NCBI GenBank assembly: GCA_977017575.1
Contig: CDRNVI010000026.1
Coordinates: 558,001-622,000 of the forward strand
Source of the DNA: Paramoeba atlantica
Lineage: Eukaryota > Protista > Discosea
Reading direction: 5' to 3'
Length of the DNA stretch: 64,000 bases
In this document: positions 37,801 to 52,300 of the stretch, piece after piece
How positions within the stretch are numbered: the stretch's first letter is position 1
Layout of the letters: every line of letters starts with the position of its first letter
Position numbers and translations under genes: made by a program
Notes under the pieces: model-generated
What the model was told of the DNA's origin: nothing
The model's input: only the letters and a program-made list of their open reading frames with translations
The model's database searches: none

Positions 37801-39800
37801 TCTTCAAAAAAACAAAGGTCTTCAAAAAAACAAAGGTCTTCAAAAACAAAGGTCTTCAAAAAAACAAAGGTCTTCAAAAAAACAAAGGTCTTCAAAAAAA
37901 CATAGGTCTTCAAAAAAACAAAGGTCTTCAAAAACAAAGGTCTTCAAAAAAACAAAGGTCTTCAAAAAAACAAAGGTCTTCAAAAAAAGAAAGGTCTTCA
38001 AAAAAAACAAAGGTCTTCAAAAACAAAGGTCTTCAAAAAAACAAAGGTCATCAAAAAAACAAAGGTCTTCAAAAAAACAAAGGTCTTCAAAAAAACAAAG
38101 GTCTTCAAAAACAAAGGTCTTCAAAAAAACAAAGGTCTTCAAAAAAACAAAGGTCTTCAAAAAAACAAAGGTCTTCAAAAAAACAAAGGTCTTCAAAAAA
38201 ACAAAGGTCTTCAAAAAAACAAAGGTCTTCAAAAAAACATAGGTCTTCAAAAAAACAAAGGTCTTCAAAAAAACAAAGGTCTTCAAAAAAACAAAGGTCT
38301 TCAAAAAAACAAAGGTCTTCAAAAACAAAGGTCTTCAAAAAAACAAAGGTCTTCAAAAAAACAAAGGTCTTCAAAAAAACAAAGGTCTTCAAAAACAAAG
38401 GTCTTCAAAAAAACAAAGGTCTTCAAAAAAACAAAGGTCTTCAAAAAAAGAAAGGTCTTCAAAAAAAACAAAGGTCTTCAAAAACAAAGGTCTTCAAAAA
38501 AACAAAGGTCTTCAAAAAAACAAAGGTCTTCAAAAAAACAAAGGTCTTCAAAAAAACAAAGGTCTTCAAAAACAAAGGTCTTCAAAAAAACAAAGGTCTT
38601 CAAAAAAACAAAGGTCTTCAAAAAAACAAAGGTCTTCAAAAAAACAAAGGTCTTCAAAAAAACAAAGGTCTTCAAAAAAACAAAGGTCTTCAAAAAAACA
38701 TAGGTCTTCAAAAAAACAAAGGTCTTCAAAAAAACAAAGGTCTTCAAAAAAACAAAGGTCTTCAAAAAAACAAAGGTCTTCAAAAACAAAGGTCTTCAAA
38801 AAAACAAAGGTCTTCAAAAAAACAAAGGTCTTCAAAAAAAGAAAGGTCTTCAAAAAATCAAAGGTCTTCAAAAAAACAAAGGTCTTCAAAAAAACAAAGG
38901 TCTTCAAAAAAACAAAGGTCTTCAAAAAAACAAAGGTCTTCAAAAAAACAAAGGTCTTCAAAAAAACAAAGGTCTTCAAAAAAACAAAGGTCTTCAAAAA
39001 AACAAAGGTCTTCAAAAAAACAAAGGTCTTCAAAAAAACAAAGGTCTTCAAAAAAACAAAGGTCCTCAAAAAAACAAAGGTCTTCAAAAAAAACAAAGGT
39101 CATCAAAAAAACAAAGGTCTTCAAAAAAACAAAGGTCTTCGAAAAAACAAAGGTCTTCAAAAAAACAAAGGTCTTCAAAAAAAAAAAGGTCTTCAAAAAA
39201 AACAAAGGTCTTCAAAAAAACAAAAGTCTTCAAAAAAACAAAGTCTTCAAAAAATCAAAGGTCTTCAAAAAAACAAAGGTCTTCAAAAAAACAAAGGTCT
39301 TCAAAAAAACAAAGGTCTTCAAAAAAACAAAGGTCCTCAAAAAAACAAAGGTCTTCAAAAAAAACAAAGGTCATCAAAAAAACAAAGGTCTTCAAAAAAA
39401 CAAAGGTCTTCAAAAAAACAAAGGTCTTCAAAAAAACAAAGGTCTTCAAAAAAACAAAGGTCTTCAAAAACAAAGGTCTTCAAAAAAACAAAGGTCTTCA
39501 AAAAGTCAAAAGGTCTTCAAAAAAACAAAAGTCTTCAAAAAAACAAAGTCTTCAAAAAATCAAAGGTCTTCAAAAAAACAAAGGTCTTCAAAAAAACAAA
39601 GGTCTTCAAAAAAACAAAGGTCTTCAAAAAAACAAAGGTCTTCAAAAAAACAAAGGTCTTCAAAAAAACAAAGGTCTTCAAAAACAAAGGTCTTCAAAAA
39701 AACAAAGGTCTTCAAAAAAACAAAGGTCTTCAAAAAAAGAAAGGTCTTCAAAAAAAACAAACGTCTTCAAAAACAAAGGTCTTCAAAAAAACAAAGGTCT
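34860..39800 (+). repeat. Duplication, offset 2683 bp
   Basis: TTCG 34872/37555, A5CAAAAGTC 35112/37795, GGTCATC 35367/38050; ORF pairs 35334/38017, 36175/38858, 36877/39560. Confidence 0.88.
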
Positions 39801-42800
39801 TCAAAAAGTCAAAAGGTCTTCAAAAAAAAAGGTCTTCAAAAAAACAAAGGTCTTCAAAAAAACAAAGGTCTTCAAAAAAAGAAAGGTCTTCAAAAAATCA
39901 AAGGTCTTCAAAAAAACAAAGGTCTTCAAAAAAACAAAGGTCTTCAAAAAAACAAAGGTCTTCAAAAAAACAAAGGTCTTCAAAAAAACAAAGGTCTTCA
40001 AAAAAACAAAGGTCTTCAAAAAAACAAAGGTCTTCAAAAAAACAAAGGTCTTCAAAAAAACAAAGGTCTTCAAAAAAACAAAGGTCTTCAAAAAAACAAA
40101 GGTCCTCAAAAAAACAAAGGTCTTCAAAAAAAACAAAGGTCATCAAAAAAACAAAGGTCTTCAAAAAAACAAAGGTCTTCGAAAAAACAAAGGTCTTCAA
40201 AAAAACAAAGGTCTTCAAAAAAAAAAAGGTCTTCAAAAAAAACAAAGGTCTTCAAAAAAACAAAAGTCTTCAAAAAAACATAGGTCTTCAAAAAAACAAA
40301 GGTCTTCAAAAAAACAAAGGTCTTCAAAAAAACAAAGGTCTTCAAAAAAACAAAGGTCTTCAAAAACAAAGGTCTTCAAAAAAACAAAGGTCTTCAAAAA
40401 AACAAAGGTCTTCAAAAAAAGAAAGGTCTTCAAAAAATCAAAGGTCTTCAAAAAAACAAAGGTCTTCAAAAAAACAAAGGTCTTCAAAAAAACAAAGGTC
40501 TTCAAAAAAACAAAGGTCTTCAAAAAAACAAAGGTCTTCAAAAAAACAAAGGTCTTCAAAAAAACAAAGGTCTTCAAAAAAACAAAGGTCTTCAAAAAAA
40601 CAAAGGTCTTCAAAAAAACAAAGGTCTTCAAAAAAACAAAGGTCCTCAAAAAAACAAAGGTCTTCAAAAAAAACAAAGGTCATCAAAAAAACAAAGGTCT
40701 TCAAAAAAACAAAGGTCTTCGAAAAAACAAAGGTCTTCAAAAAAACAAAGGTCTTCAAAAAAAAAAAGGTCTTCAAAAAAAACAAAGGTCTTCAAAAAAA
40801 CAAAAGTCTTCAAAAAAACAAAGTCTTCAAAAAATCAAAGGTCTTCAAAAAAACAAAGGTCTTCAAAAAAACAAAGGTCTTCAAAAAAACAAAGGTCTTC
40901 AAAAAAACAAAGGTCCTCAAAAAAACAAAGGTCTTCAAAAAAAACAAAGGTCATCAAAAAAACAAAGGTCTTCAAAAAAACAAAGGTCTTCAAAAAAACA
41001 AAGGTCTTCAAAAAAACAAAGGTCTTCAAAAAAACAAAGGTCTTCAAAAACAAAGGTCTTCAAAAAAACAAAGGTCTTCAAAAAGTCAAAAGGTCTTCAA
41101 AAAAACAAAAGTCTTCAAAAAAACAAAGTCTTCAAAAAATCAAAGGTCTTCAAAAAAACAAAGGTCTTCAAAAAAACAAAGGTCTTCAAAAAAACAAAGG
41201 TCTTCAAAAAAACAAAGGTCTTCAAAAAAACAAAGGTCTTCAAAAAAACAAAGGTCTTCAAAAACAAAGGTCTTCAAAAAAACAAAGGTCTTCAAAAAAA
41301 CAAAGGTCTTCAAAAAAAGAAAGGTCTTCAAAAAAAACAAACGTCTTCAAAAACAAAGGTCTTCAAAAAAACAAAGGTCTTCAAAAAGTCAAAAGGTCTT
41401 CAAAAAAAAAGGTCTTCAAAAAAACAAAGGTCTTCAAAAAAACAAAGGTCTTCAAAAAAAGAAAGGTCTTCAAAAAATCAAAGGTCTTCAAAAAAACAAA
41501 GGTCTTCAAAAAAACAAAGGTCTTCAAAAAAACAAAGGTCTTCAAAAAAACAAAGGTCTTCAAAAAAACAAAGGTCTTCAAAAAAACAAAGGTCTTCAAA
41601 AAAACAAAGGTCTTCAAAAAAACAAAGGTCTTCAAAAAAACAAAGGTCTTCAAAAAAACAAAGGTCTTCAAAAAAACAAAGGTCCTCAAAAAAACAAAGG
41701 TCTTCAAAAAAAACAAAGGTCATCAAAAAAACAAAGTCTTCAAAAAAACAAAGGTCTTCGAAAAAACAAAGGTCTTCAAAAAAACAAAGGTCTTCAAAAA
41801 AAAAAAGGTCTTCAAAAAAAACAAAGGTCTTCAAAAAAACAAAAGTCTTCAAAAAAACAAAGTCTTCAAAAAATCAAAGGTCTTCAAAAAAACAAAGGTC
41901 TTCAAAAAAACAAAGGTCTTCAAAAAAACAAAGGTCTTCAAAAAAACAAAGGTCCTCAAAAAAACAAAGGTCTTCAAAAAAAACAAAGGTCATCAAAAAA
42001 ACAAAGGTCTTCAAAAAAACAAAGGTCTTCAAAAAAACAAAGGTCTTCAAAAAAACAAAGGTCTTCAAAAAAACAAAGGTCTTCAAAAACAAAGGTCTTC
42101 AAAAAAACAAAGGTCTTCAAAAAGTCAAAAGGTCTTCAAAAAAACAAAAGTCTTCAAAAAAACAAAGTCTTCAAAAAATCAAAGGTCTTCAAAAAAACAA
42201 AGGTCTTCAAAAAAACAAAGGTCTTCAAAAAAACAAAGGTCTTCAAAAAAACAAAGGTCTTCAAAAAAACAAAGGTCTTCAAAAAAACAAAGGTCTTCAA
42301 AAACAAAGGTCTTCAAAAAAACAAAGGTCTTCAAAAAAACAAAGGTCTTCAAAAAAAGAAAGGTCTTCAAAAAAAACAAACGTCTTCAAAAACAAAGGTC
42401 TTCAAAAAAACAAAGGTCTTCAAAAAGTCAAAAGGTCTTCAAAAAAAAAGGTCTTCAAAAAAACAAAGGTCTTCAAAAAAACAAAGGTCTTCAAAAAAAG
42501 AAAGGTCTTCAAAAAATCAAAGGTCTTCAAAAAAACAAAGGTCTTCAAAAAAACAAAGGTCTTCAAAAAAACAAAGGTCTTCAAAAAAACAAAGGTCTTC
42601 AAAAAAACAAAGGTCTTCAAAAAAACAAAGGTCTTCAAAAAAACAAAGGTCTTCAAAAAAACAAAGGTCTTCAAAAAAACAAAGGTCTTCAAAAAAACAA
42701 AGGTCTTCAAAAAAACAAAGGTCCTCAAAAAAACAAAGGTCTTCAAAAAAAACAAAGGTCATCAAAAAAACAAAGGTCTTCAAAAAAACAAAGGTCTTCG

Positions 42801-42900
42801 AAAAAACAAAGGTCTTCAAAAAAACAAAGGTCTTCAAAAAAAAAAAGGTCTTCAAAAAAAACAAAGGTCTTCAAAAAAACAAAAGTCTTCAAAAAAACAA
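38850..42900 (+). repeat. Multi-copy local higher-order repeat, offsets 1580 and 1039 bp
   Basis: ORF triplets 39255/40835/41874, 39560/41140/42179, 39801/41381/42420. Confidence 0.82.
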
Positions 42901-43399
42901 AGTCTTCAAAAAATCAAAGGTCTTCAAAAAAACAAAGGTCTTCAAAAAAACAAAGGTCTTCAAAAAAACAAAGGTCTTCAAAAAAACAAAGGTCCTCAAA
43001 AAAACAAAGGTCTTCAAAAAAAACAAAGGTCATCAAAAAAACAAAGGTCTTCAAAAAAACAAAGGTCTTCAAAAAAACAAAGGTCTTCAAAAAAACATAG
43101 GTCTTCAAAAAAACAAAGGTCTTCAAAAAAACAAAGGTCTTCAAAAAAACAAAGGTCTTCAAAAAAACAAAGGTCTTCAAAAACAAAGGTCTTCAAAAAA
43201 ACAAAGGTCTTCAAAAAAACAAAGGTCTTCAAAAAAAGAAAGGTCTTCAAAAACAAAGGTCTTCAAAAAAACAAAGGTCTTCAAAAAAACAAAGGTCTTC
43301 AAAAAAACAAAGGTCTTCAAAAACAAAGGTCTTCAAAAAAACAAAGGTCTTCAAAAAAACAAAGGTCTTCAAAAAAAGAAAGGTCTTCAAAAAAAACAA

Positions 43400-46300
43400 A
43401 GGTCTTCAAAAACAAAGGTCTTCAAAAAAACAAAGGTCTTCAAAAAAACAAAGGTCTTCAAAAAAACAAAGGTCTTCAAAAAAACAAAGGTCTTCAAAAA
43501 CAAAGGTCTTCAAAAAAACAAAGGTCTTCAAAAAAACAAAGGTCTTCAAAAAAACAAAGGTCTTCAAAAAAACAAAGGTCTTCAAAAAAACAAAGGTCTT
43601 CAAAAAAACAAAGGTCTTCAAAAAAACATAGGTCTTCAAAAAAACAAAGGTCTTCAAAAAAACAAAGGTCTTCAAAAAAACAAAGGTCTTCAAAAAAACA
43701 AAGGTCTTCAAAAACAAAGGTCTTCAAAAAAACAAAGGTCATCAAAAAAACAAAGGTCTTCAAAAAAACAAAGGTCTTCAAAAAAACAAAGGTCTTCAAA
43801 AAAACATAGGTCTTCAAAAAAACAAAGGTCTTCAAAAAAACAAAGGTCTTCAAAAAAACAAAGGTCTTCAAAAAAACAAAGGTCTTCAAAAACAAAGGTC
43901 TTCAAAAAAACAAAGGTCTTCAAAAAAACAAAGGTCTTCAAAAAAAGAAAGGTCTTCAAAAAAAACAAACGTCTTCAAAAACAAAGGTCTTCAAAAAAAC
44001 AAAGGTCTTCAAAAAGTCAAAAGGTCTTCAAAAAAAAAGGTCTTCAAAAAAACAAAGGTCTTCAAAAAAACAAAGGTCTTCAAAAAAAGAAAGGTCTTCA
44101 AAAAATCAAAGGTCTTCAAAAAAACAAAGGTCTTCAAAAAAACAAAGGTCTTCAAAAAAACAAAGGTCTTCAAAAAAACAAAGGTCTTCAAAAAAACAAA
44201 GGTCTTCAAAAAAACAAAGGTCTTCAAAAAAACAAAGGTCTTCAAAAAAACAAAGGTCTTCAAAAAAACAAAGGTCTTCAAAAAAACAAAGGTCTTCAAA
44301 AAAACAAAGGTCCTCAAAAAAACAAAGGTCTTCAAAAAAAACAAAGGTCATCAAAAAAACAAAGGTCTTCAAAAAAACAAAGGTCTTCGAAAAAACAAAG
44401 GTCTTCAAAAAAACAAAGGTCTTCAAAAAAAAAAAGGTCTTCAAAAAAAACAAAGGTCTTCAAAAAAACAAAAGTCTTCAAAAAAACAAAGTCTTCAAAA
44501 AATCAAAGGTCTTCAAAAAAACAAAGGTCTTCAAAAAAACAAAGGTCTTCAAAAAAACAAAGGTCTTCAAAAAAACAAAGGTCCTCAAAAAAACAAAGGT
44601 CTTCAAAAAAAACAAAGGTCATCAAAAAAACAAAGGTCTTCAAAAAAACAAAGGTCTTCAAAAAAACAAAGGTCTTCAAAAAAACATAGGTCTTCAAAAA
44701 AACAAAGGTCTTCAAAAAAACAAAGGTCTTCAAAAAAACAAAGGTCTTCAAAAAAACAAAGGTCTTCAAAAACAAAGGTCTTCAAAAAAACAAAGGTCTT
44801 CAAAAAAACAAAGGTCTTCAAAAAAAGAAAGGTCTTCAAAAAAAACAAAGGTCTTCAAAAACAAAGGTCTTCAAAAAAACAAAGGTCTTCAAAAAGTCAA
44901 AAGGTCTTCAAAAAAAAAGGTCTTCAAAAAAACAAAGGTCTTCAAAAAAACAAAAGGTCTTCAAAAAAAGAAAGGTCTTCAAAAAAACAAAGGTCTTCAA
45001 AAAAACAAAGGTCTTCAAAAAAACAAAGGTCTTCAAAAAAACAAAGGTCCTCAAAAAAACAAAGGTCTTCAAAAAAAACAAAGGTCATCAAAAAAACAAA
45101 GGTCTTCAAAAAAACAAAGGTCTTCAAAAAAACAAAGGTCTTCAAAAAAACAAAGGTCTTCAAAAAAACAAAGGTCTTCAAAAAAACAAAGGTCTTCAAA
45201 AACAAAGGTCTTCAAAAAAACAAAGGTCTTCAAAAAAACAAAGGTCTTCAAAAAAACAAAGGTCTTCAAAAAAACAAAGGTCTTCAAAAAAACAAAGGTC
45301 TTCAAAAAAACAAAGGTCTTCAAAAAAACATAGGTCTTCAAAAAAACAAAGGTCTTCAAAAAAACAAAGGTCTTCAAAAAAACAAAGGTCTTCAAAAACA
45401 AAGGTCTTCAAAAAAACAAAGGTCTTCAAAAAAACAAAGGTCTTCAAAGAAAGAAAGGTCTTCAAAAAAAACAAAGGTCTTCAAAAACAAAGGTCTTCAA
45501 AAAAACAAAGGTCTTCAAAAAGTCAAAAGGTCTTCTAAAAAAAAGGTCTTCAAAAAAACAAAGGTCTTCAAAAAAACAAAGGTCTTCAAAAAAACAAAAG
45601 GTCTTCAAAAAAAGAAAGGTCTTCAAAAAAACAAAGGTCTTCAAAAAAACAAAGGTCTTCAAAAAAAAAAAGGTCTTCAAAAAAAACAAAGGTCTTCAAA
45701 AAAACAAAAGTCTTCAAAAAAACAAAGTCTTCAAAAAATCAAAGGTCTTCAAAAAAACAAAGGTCTTCAAAAAAACAAAGGTCTTCAAAAAAACAAAGGT
45801 CTTCAAAAAAATAAAGGTCTTCAAAAAAACAAAGGTCTTCAAAAAAACAAAGGTCTTCAAAAAAACAAAGGTCTTCAAAAAAACAAAGGTCTTCAAAAAA
45901 ACAAAGGTCTTCAAAAACAAAGGTCTTCAAAAAAACAAAGGTCTTCAAAAAAACAAAGGTCTTCAAAAAAAGAAAGGTCTTCAAAAAAAACAAAGGTCTT
46001 CAAAAACAAAGGTCTTCAAAAAAACAAAGGTCTTCAAAAAGTCAAAAGGTCTTCAAAAAAAAAGGTCTTCAAAAAAACAAAGGTCTTCAAAAAAACAAAG
46101 GTCTTCAAAAAAACAAAAGGTCTTCAAAAAAAGAAAGGTCTTCAAAAAAACAAAGGTCTTCAAAAAAACAAAGGTCTTCGAAAAAACAAAGGTCTTCAAA
46201 AAAACAAAGGTCTTCAAAAAAACAAAGGTCTTCAAAAAAACAAAGGTCTTCAAAAAAACATAGGTCTTCAAAAAAACAAAGGTCTTCAAAAAAACAAAGG

Positions 46301-49300
46301 TCTTCAAAAAAACAAAGGTCTTCAAAAAAACAAAAGGTCTTCAAAAAAAGAAAGGTCTTCAAAAAAAGAAAGGTCTTCAAAAAAACAAAGGTCTTCGAAA
46401 AAACAAAGGTCTTCAAAAAAACAAAGGTCTTCAAAAAAAAAAAGGTCTTCAAAAAAAACAAAGGTCTTCAAAAAAACAAAAGTCTTCAAAAAAACAAAGT
46501 CTTCAAAAAATCAAAGGTCTTCAAAAAAACAAAGGTCTTCAAAAAAACAAAGGTCTTCAAAAAAACAAAGGTCTTCAAAAAAAACAAAGGTCTTCAAAAA
46601 CAAAGGTCTTCAAAAAAACAAAGGTCTTCAAAAAGTCAAAAGGTCTTCAAAAAAAAAGGTCTTCAAAAAAACAAAGGTCTTCAAAAAAACAAAGGTCTTC
46701 AAAAAAACAAAAGGTCTTCAAAAAAAGAAAGGTCTTCAAAAAAACAAAGGTCTTCAAAAAAACAAAGGTCTTCGAAAAAACAAAGGTCTTCAAAAAAACA
46801 AAGGTCTTCAAAAAAACAAAGGTCTTCAAAAAAACAAAGGTCTTCAAAAAAACAAAGGTCTTCAAAAAAACAAAGGTCTTCAAAAAAACAAAAGGTCTTC
46901 AAAAAAAGAAAGGTCTTCAAAAAAACAAAGGTCTTCAAAAAAACAAAGGTCTTCGAAAAAACAAAGGTCTTCAAAAAAACAAAAGTCTTTAAAAAAACAA
47001 AGTCTTCAAAAAATCAAAGGTCTTCAAAAAAACAAAGGTCTTCAAAAAAACAAAGGTCTTCAAAAAAACAAAGGTCTTCAAAAAAACAAAGGTCCTCAAA
47101 AAAACAAAGGTCTTCAAAAAAAACAAAGGTCTTCAAAAAAAAAAAGGTCTTCAAAAAAACAAAGGTCTTCAAAAAAACAAAGGTCTTCAAAAAAACAAAG
47201 GTCTTCAAAAACAAAGGTCTTCAAAAAAACAAAGGTCTTCAAAAAAACAAAGGTCTTCAAAAAAACAAAGGTCTTCAAAAAAACAAAGGTCTTCAAAAAA
47301 ACAAAGGTCTTCAAAAAAACATAGGTCTTCAAAAAAACAAAGGTCTTCAAAAAAACAAAGGTCTTCAAAAAAACAAAGGTCTTCAAAAAAACAAAGGTCT
47401 TCAAAAACAAAGGTCTTCAAAAAAACAAAGGTCTTCAAAAAAACAAAGGTCTTCAAAAAAAGAAAGGTCTTCAAAAAAAACAAAGGTCTTCAAAAACAAA
47501 CGTCTTCAAAAAAACAAAGGTCTTCAAAAAGTCAAAAGGTCTTCAAAAAAAAAGGTCTTCAAAAAAACAAAGGTCTTCAAAAAAACAAAGGTCTTCAAAA
47601 AAACAAAAGGTCTTCAAAAAAAGAAAGGTCTTCAAAAAAACAAAGGTCTTCAAAAAAACAAAGGTCTTCAAAAAAACAAAAGTCTTCAAAAAAACAAAGG
47701 TCTTCAAAAAAACAAAGGTCTTCAAAAAAACAAAGGTCTTCAAAAAAAAAAAGGTCTTCAAAAAAACAAAAGGTCTTCAAAAAAAGAAAGGTCTTCAAAA
47801 AAACAAAGGTCTTCAAAAAAACAAAGGTCTTCGAAAAAACAAAGGTCTTCAAAAAAACAAAGGTCTTCAAAAAAACAAAGGTCTTCAAAAAAACAAAGGT
47901 CTTCAAAAAAACAAAGGTCTTCAAAAAAACAAAGGTCTTCAAAAAAACAAAAGGTCTTCAAAAAAAGAAAGGTCTTCAAAAAAACAAAGGTCTTCAAAAA
48001 AACAAAGGTCTTCGAAAAAACAAAGGTCTTCAAAAAAACAAAAGTCTTTAGAAAAACAAAGTCTTCAAAAAATCAAAGGTCTTCAAAAAAACAAAGGTCT
48101 TCAAAAAAACAAAGGTCTTCAAAAAAACAAAGGTCTTCAAAAAAACAAAGGTCTTCAAAAAAACAAAGGTCTTCAAAAAAAACAAAGGTGATCAAAAAAA
48201 CAAAGGTCTTCAAAAAAACAAAGGTCTTCAAAAAAAAAAAGGTCTTCAAAAAAACAAAGGTCTTCAAAAAAACAAAGGTCTTCAAAAAAACAAAGGTCTT
48301 CAAAAACAAAGGTCTTCAAAAAAACAAAGGTCTTCAAAAAAACAAAGGTCTTCAAAAAAACAAAGGTCTTCAAAAAAACAAAGGTCTTCAAAAAAACAAA
48401 GGTCTTCAAAAAAACATAGGTCTTCAAAAAAACAAAGGTCTTCAAAAAAACAAAGGTCTTCAAAAAAACAAAGGTCTTCAAAAAAACAAAGGTCTTCAAA
48501 AACAAAGGTCTTCAAAAAAACAAAGGTCTTCAAAAAAACAAAGGTCTTCAAAAAAAGAAAGGTCTTCAAAAAAAACAAAGGTCTTCAAAAACAAACGTCT
48601 TCAAAAAAACAAAGGTCTTCAAAAAGTCAAAAGGTCTTCAAAAAAAAAGGTCTTCAAAAAAACAAAGGTCTTCAAAAAAACAAAGGTCTTCAAAAAAACA
48701 AAAGGTCTTCAAAAAAAGAAAGGTCTTCAAAAAAACAAAGGTCTTCAAAAAAACAAAGGTCTTCGAAAAAACAAAGGTCTTCAAAAAAACAAAGGTCTTC
48801 AAAAAAACAAAGGTCTTCAAAAAAACAAAGGTCTTCAAAAAAACAAAGGTCTTCAAAAAAACATAGGTCTTCAAAAAAACAAAGGTCATCAAAAAAACAA
48901 AGGTCTTCAAAAAAACAAAGGTCTTCAAAAAAAAAAAGGTCTTCAAAAAAACAAAGGTCTTCAAAAAAAAAAAGGTCTTCAAAAAAAACAAAGGTCTTCA
49001 AAAAAACAAAAGTCTTCAAAAAAACAAAGTCTTCAAAAAATCAAAGGTCTTCAAAAAAACAAAGGTCTTCAAAAAAACAAAGGTCTTCAAAAAAACAAAG
49101 GTCTTCAAAAAAACAAAGGTCTTCAAAAAAACAAAGGTCTTCAAAAACAAAGGTCTTCAAAAAAACAAAGGTCTTCAAAAAAACAAAGGTCTTCAAAAAA
49201 ACAAAGGTCTTCAAAAAAACAAAGGTCTTCAAAAAAACAAAGGTCTTCAAAAAAACAAAGGTCTTCAAAAAAACATAGGTCTTCAAAAAAACAAAGGTCT

Positions 49301-52300
49301 TCAAAAAAACAAAGGTCTTCAAAAAAACAAAGGTCTTCAAAAAAACAAAGGTCTTCAAAAACAAAGGTCTTCAAAAAAACAAAGGTCATCAAAAAAACAA
49401 AGGTCTTCAAAAAAACAAAGGTCTTCAAAAAAACAAAGGTCTTCAAAAAAACATAGGTCTTCAAAAAAACAAAGGTCTTCAAAAAAACAAAGGTCTTCAA
49501 AAAAACAAAGGTCTTCAAAAAAACAAAGGTCTTCAAAAACAAAGGTCTTCAAAAAAACAAAGGTCTTCAAAAAAACAAAGGTCTTCAAAAAAAGAAAGGT
49601 CTTCAAAAAAAACAAACGTCTTCAAAAACAAAGGTCTTCAAAAAAACAAAGGTCTTCAAAAAGTCAAAAGGTCTTCAAAAAAAAAGGTCTTCAAAAAAAC
49701 AAAGGTCTTCAAAAAAACAAAGGTCTTCAAAAAAAGAAAGGTCTTCAAAAAATCAAAGGTCTTCAAAAAAACAAAGGTCTTCAAAAAAACAAAGGTCTTC
49801 AAAAAAACAAAGGTCTTCAAAAAAACAAAGGTCTTCAAAAAAACAAAGGTCTTCAAAAAAACAAAGGTCTTCAAAAAAACAAAGGTCTTCAAAAAAACAA
49901 AGGTCTTCAAAAAAACAAAGGTCTTCAAAAAAACAAAGGTCTTCAAAAAAACAAAGGTCCTCAAAAAAACAAAGGTCTTCAAAAAAAACAAAGGTCATCA
50001 AAAAAACAAAGGTCTTCAAAAAAACAAAGGTCTTCGAAAAAACAAAGGTCTTCAAAAAAACAAAGGTCTTCAAAAAAAAAAAGGTCTTCAAAAAAAACAA
50101 AGGTCTTCAAAAAAACAAAAGTCTTCAAAAAAACAAAGTCTTCAAAAAATCAAAGGTCTTCAAAAAAACAAAGGTCTTCAAAAAAACAAAGGTCTTCAAA
50201 AAAACAAAGGTCTTCAAAAAAACAAAGGTCCTCAAAAAAACAAAGGTCTTCAAAAAAAACAAAGGTCATCAAAAAAACAAAGGTCTTCAAAAAAACAAAG
50301 GTCTTCAAAAAAACAAAGGTCTTCAAAAAAACATAGGTCTTCAAAAAAACAAAGGTCTTCAAAAAAACAAAGGTCTTCAAAAAAACAAAGGTCTTCAAAA
50401 AAACAAAGGTCTTCAAAAACAAAGGTCTTCAAAAAAACAAAGGTCTTCAAAAAAACAAAGGTCTTCAAAAAAAGAAAGGTCTTCAAAAAAAACAAAGGTC
50501 TTCAAAAACAAAGGTCTTCAAAAAAACAAAGGTCTTCAAAAAGTCAAAAGGTCTTCAAAAAAAAAGGTCTTCAAAAAAACAAAGGTCTTCAAAAAAACAA
50601 AAGGTCTTCAAAAAAAGAAAGGTCTTCAAAAAAACAAAGGTCTTCAAAAAAACAAAGGTCTTCAAAAAAACAAAGGTCTTCAAAAAAACAAAGGTCCTCA
50701 AAAAAACAAAGGTCTTCAAAAAAAACAAAGGTCATCAAAAAAACAAAGGTCTTCAAAAAAACAAAGGTCTTCAAAAAAACAAAGGTCTTCAAAAAAACAA
50801 AGGTCTTCAAAAAAACAAAGGTCTTCAAAAAAACAAAGGTCTTCAAAAACAAAGGTCTTCAAAAAAACAAAGGTCTTCAAAAAAACAAAGGTCTTCAAAA
50901 AAACAAAGGTCTTCAAAAAAACAAAGGTCTTCAAAAAAACAAAGGTCTTCAAAAAAACAAAGGTCTTCAAAAAAACATAGGTCTTCAAAAAAACAAAGGT
51001 CTTCAAAAAAACAAAGGTCTTCAAAAAAACAAAGGTCTTCAAAAACAAAGGTCTTCAAAAAAACAAAGGTCTTCAAAAAAACAAAGGTCTTCAAAGAAAG
51101 AAAGGTCTTCAAAAAAAACAAAGGTCTTCAAAAACAAAGGTCTTCAAAAAAACAAAGGTCTTCAAAAAGTCAAAAGGTCTTCTAAAAAAAAGGTCTTCAA
51201 AAAAACAAAGGTCTTCAAAAAAACAAAGGTCTTCAAAAAAACAAAAGGTCTTCAAAAAAAGAAAGGTCTTCAAAAAAACAAAGGTCTTCAAAAAAACAAA
51301 GGTCTTCAAAAAAAAAAAGGTCTTCAAAAAAAACAAAGGTCTTCAAAAAAACAAAAGTCTTCAAAAAAACAAAGTCTTCAAAAAATCAAAGGTCTTCAAA
51401 AAAACAAAGGTCTTCAAAAAAACAAAGGTCTTCAAAAAAACAAAGGTCTTCAAAAAAATAAAGGTCTTCAAAAAAACAAAGGTCTTCAAAAAAACAAAGG
51501 TCTTCAAAAAAACAAAGGTCTTCAAAAAAACAAAGGTCTTCAAAAAAACAAAGGTCTTCAAAAACAAAGGTCTTCAAAAAAACAAAGGTCTTCAAAAAAA
51601 CAAAGGTCTTCAAAAAAAGAAAGGTCTTCAAAAAAAACAAAGGTCTTCAAAAACAAAGGTCTTCAAAAAAACAAAGGTCTTCAAAAAGTCAAAAGGTCTT
51701 CAAAAAAAAAGGTCTTCAAAAAAACAAAGGTCTTCAAAAAAACAAAGGTCTTCAAAAAAACAAAAGGTCTTCAAAAAAAGAAAGGTCTTCAAAAAAACAA
51801 AGGTCTTCAAAAAAACAAAGGTCTTCGAAAAAACAAAGGTCTTCAAAAAAACAAAGGTCTTCAAAAAAACAAAGGTCTTCAAAAAAACAAAGGTCTTCAA
51901 AAAAACATAGGTCTTCAAAAAAACAAAGGTCTTCAAAAAAACAAAGGTCTTCAAAAAAACAAAGGTCTTCAAAAAAACAAAAGGTCTTCAAAAAAAGAAA
52001 GGTCTTCAAAAAAAGAAAGGTCTTCAAAAAAACAAAGGTCTTCGAAAAAACAAAGGTCTTCAAAAAAACAAAGGTCTTCAAAAAAAAAAAGGTCTTCAAA
52101 AAAAACAAAGGTCTTCAAAAAAACAAAAGTCTTCAAAAAAACAAAGTCTTCAAAAAATCAAAGGTCTTCAAAAAAACAAAGGTCTTCAAAAAAACAAAGG
52201 TCTTCAAAAAAACAAAGGTCTTCAAAAAAAACAAAGGTCTTCAAAAACAAAGGTCTTCAAAAAAACAAAGGTCTTCAAAAAGTCAAAAGGTCTTCAAAAA

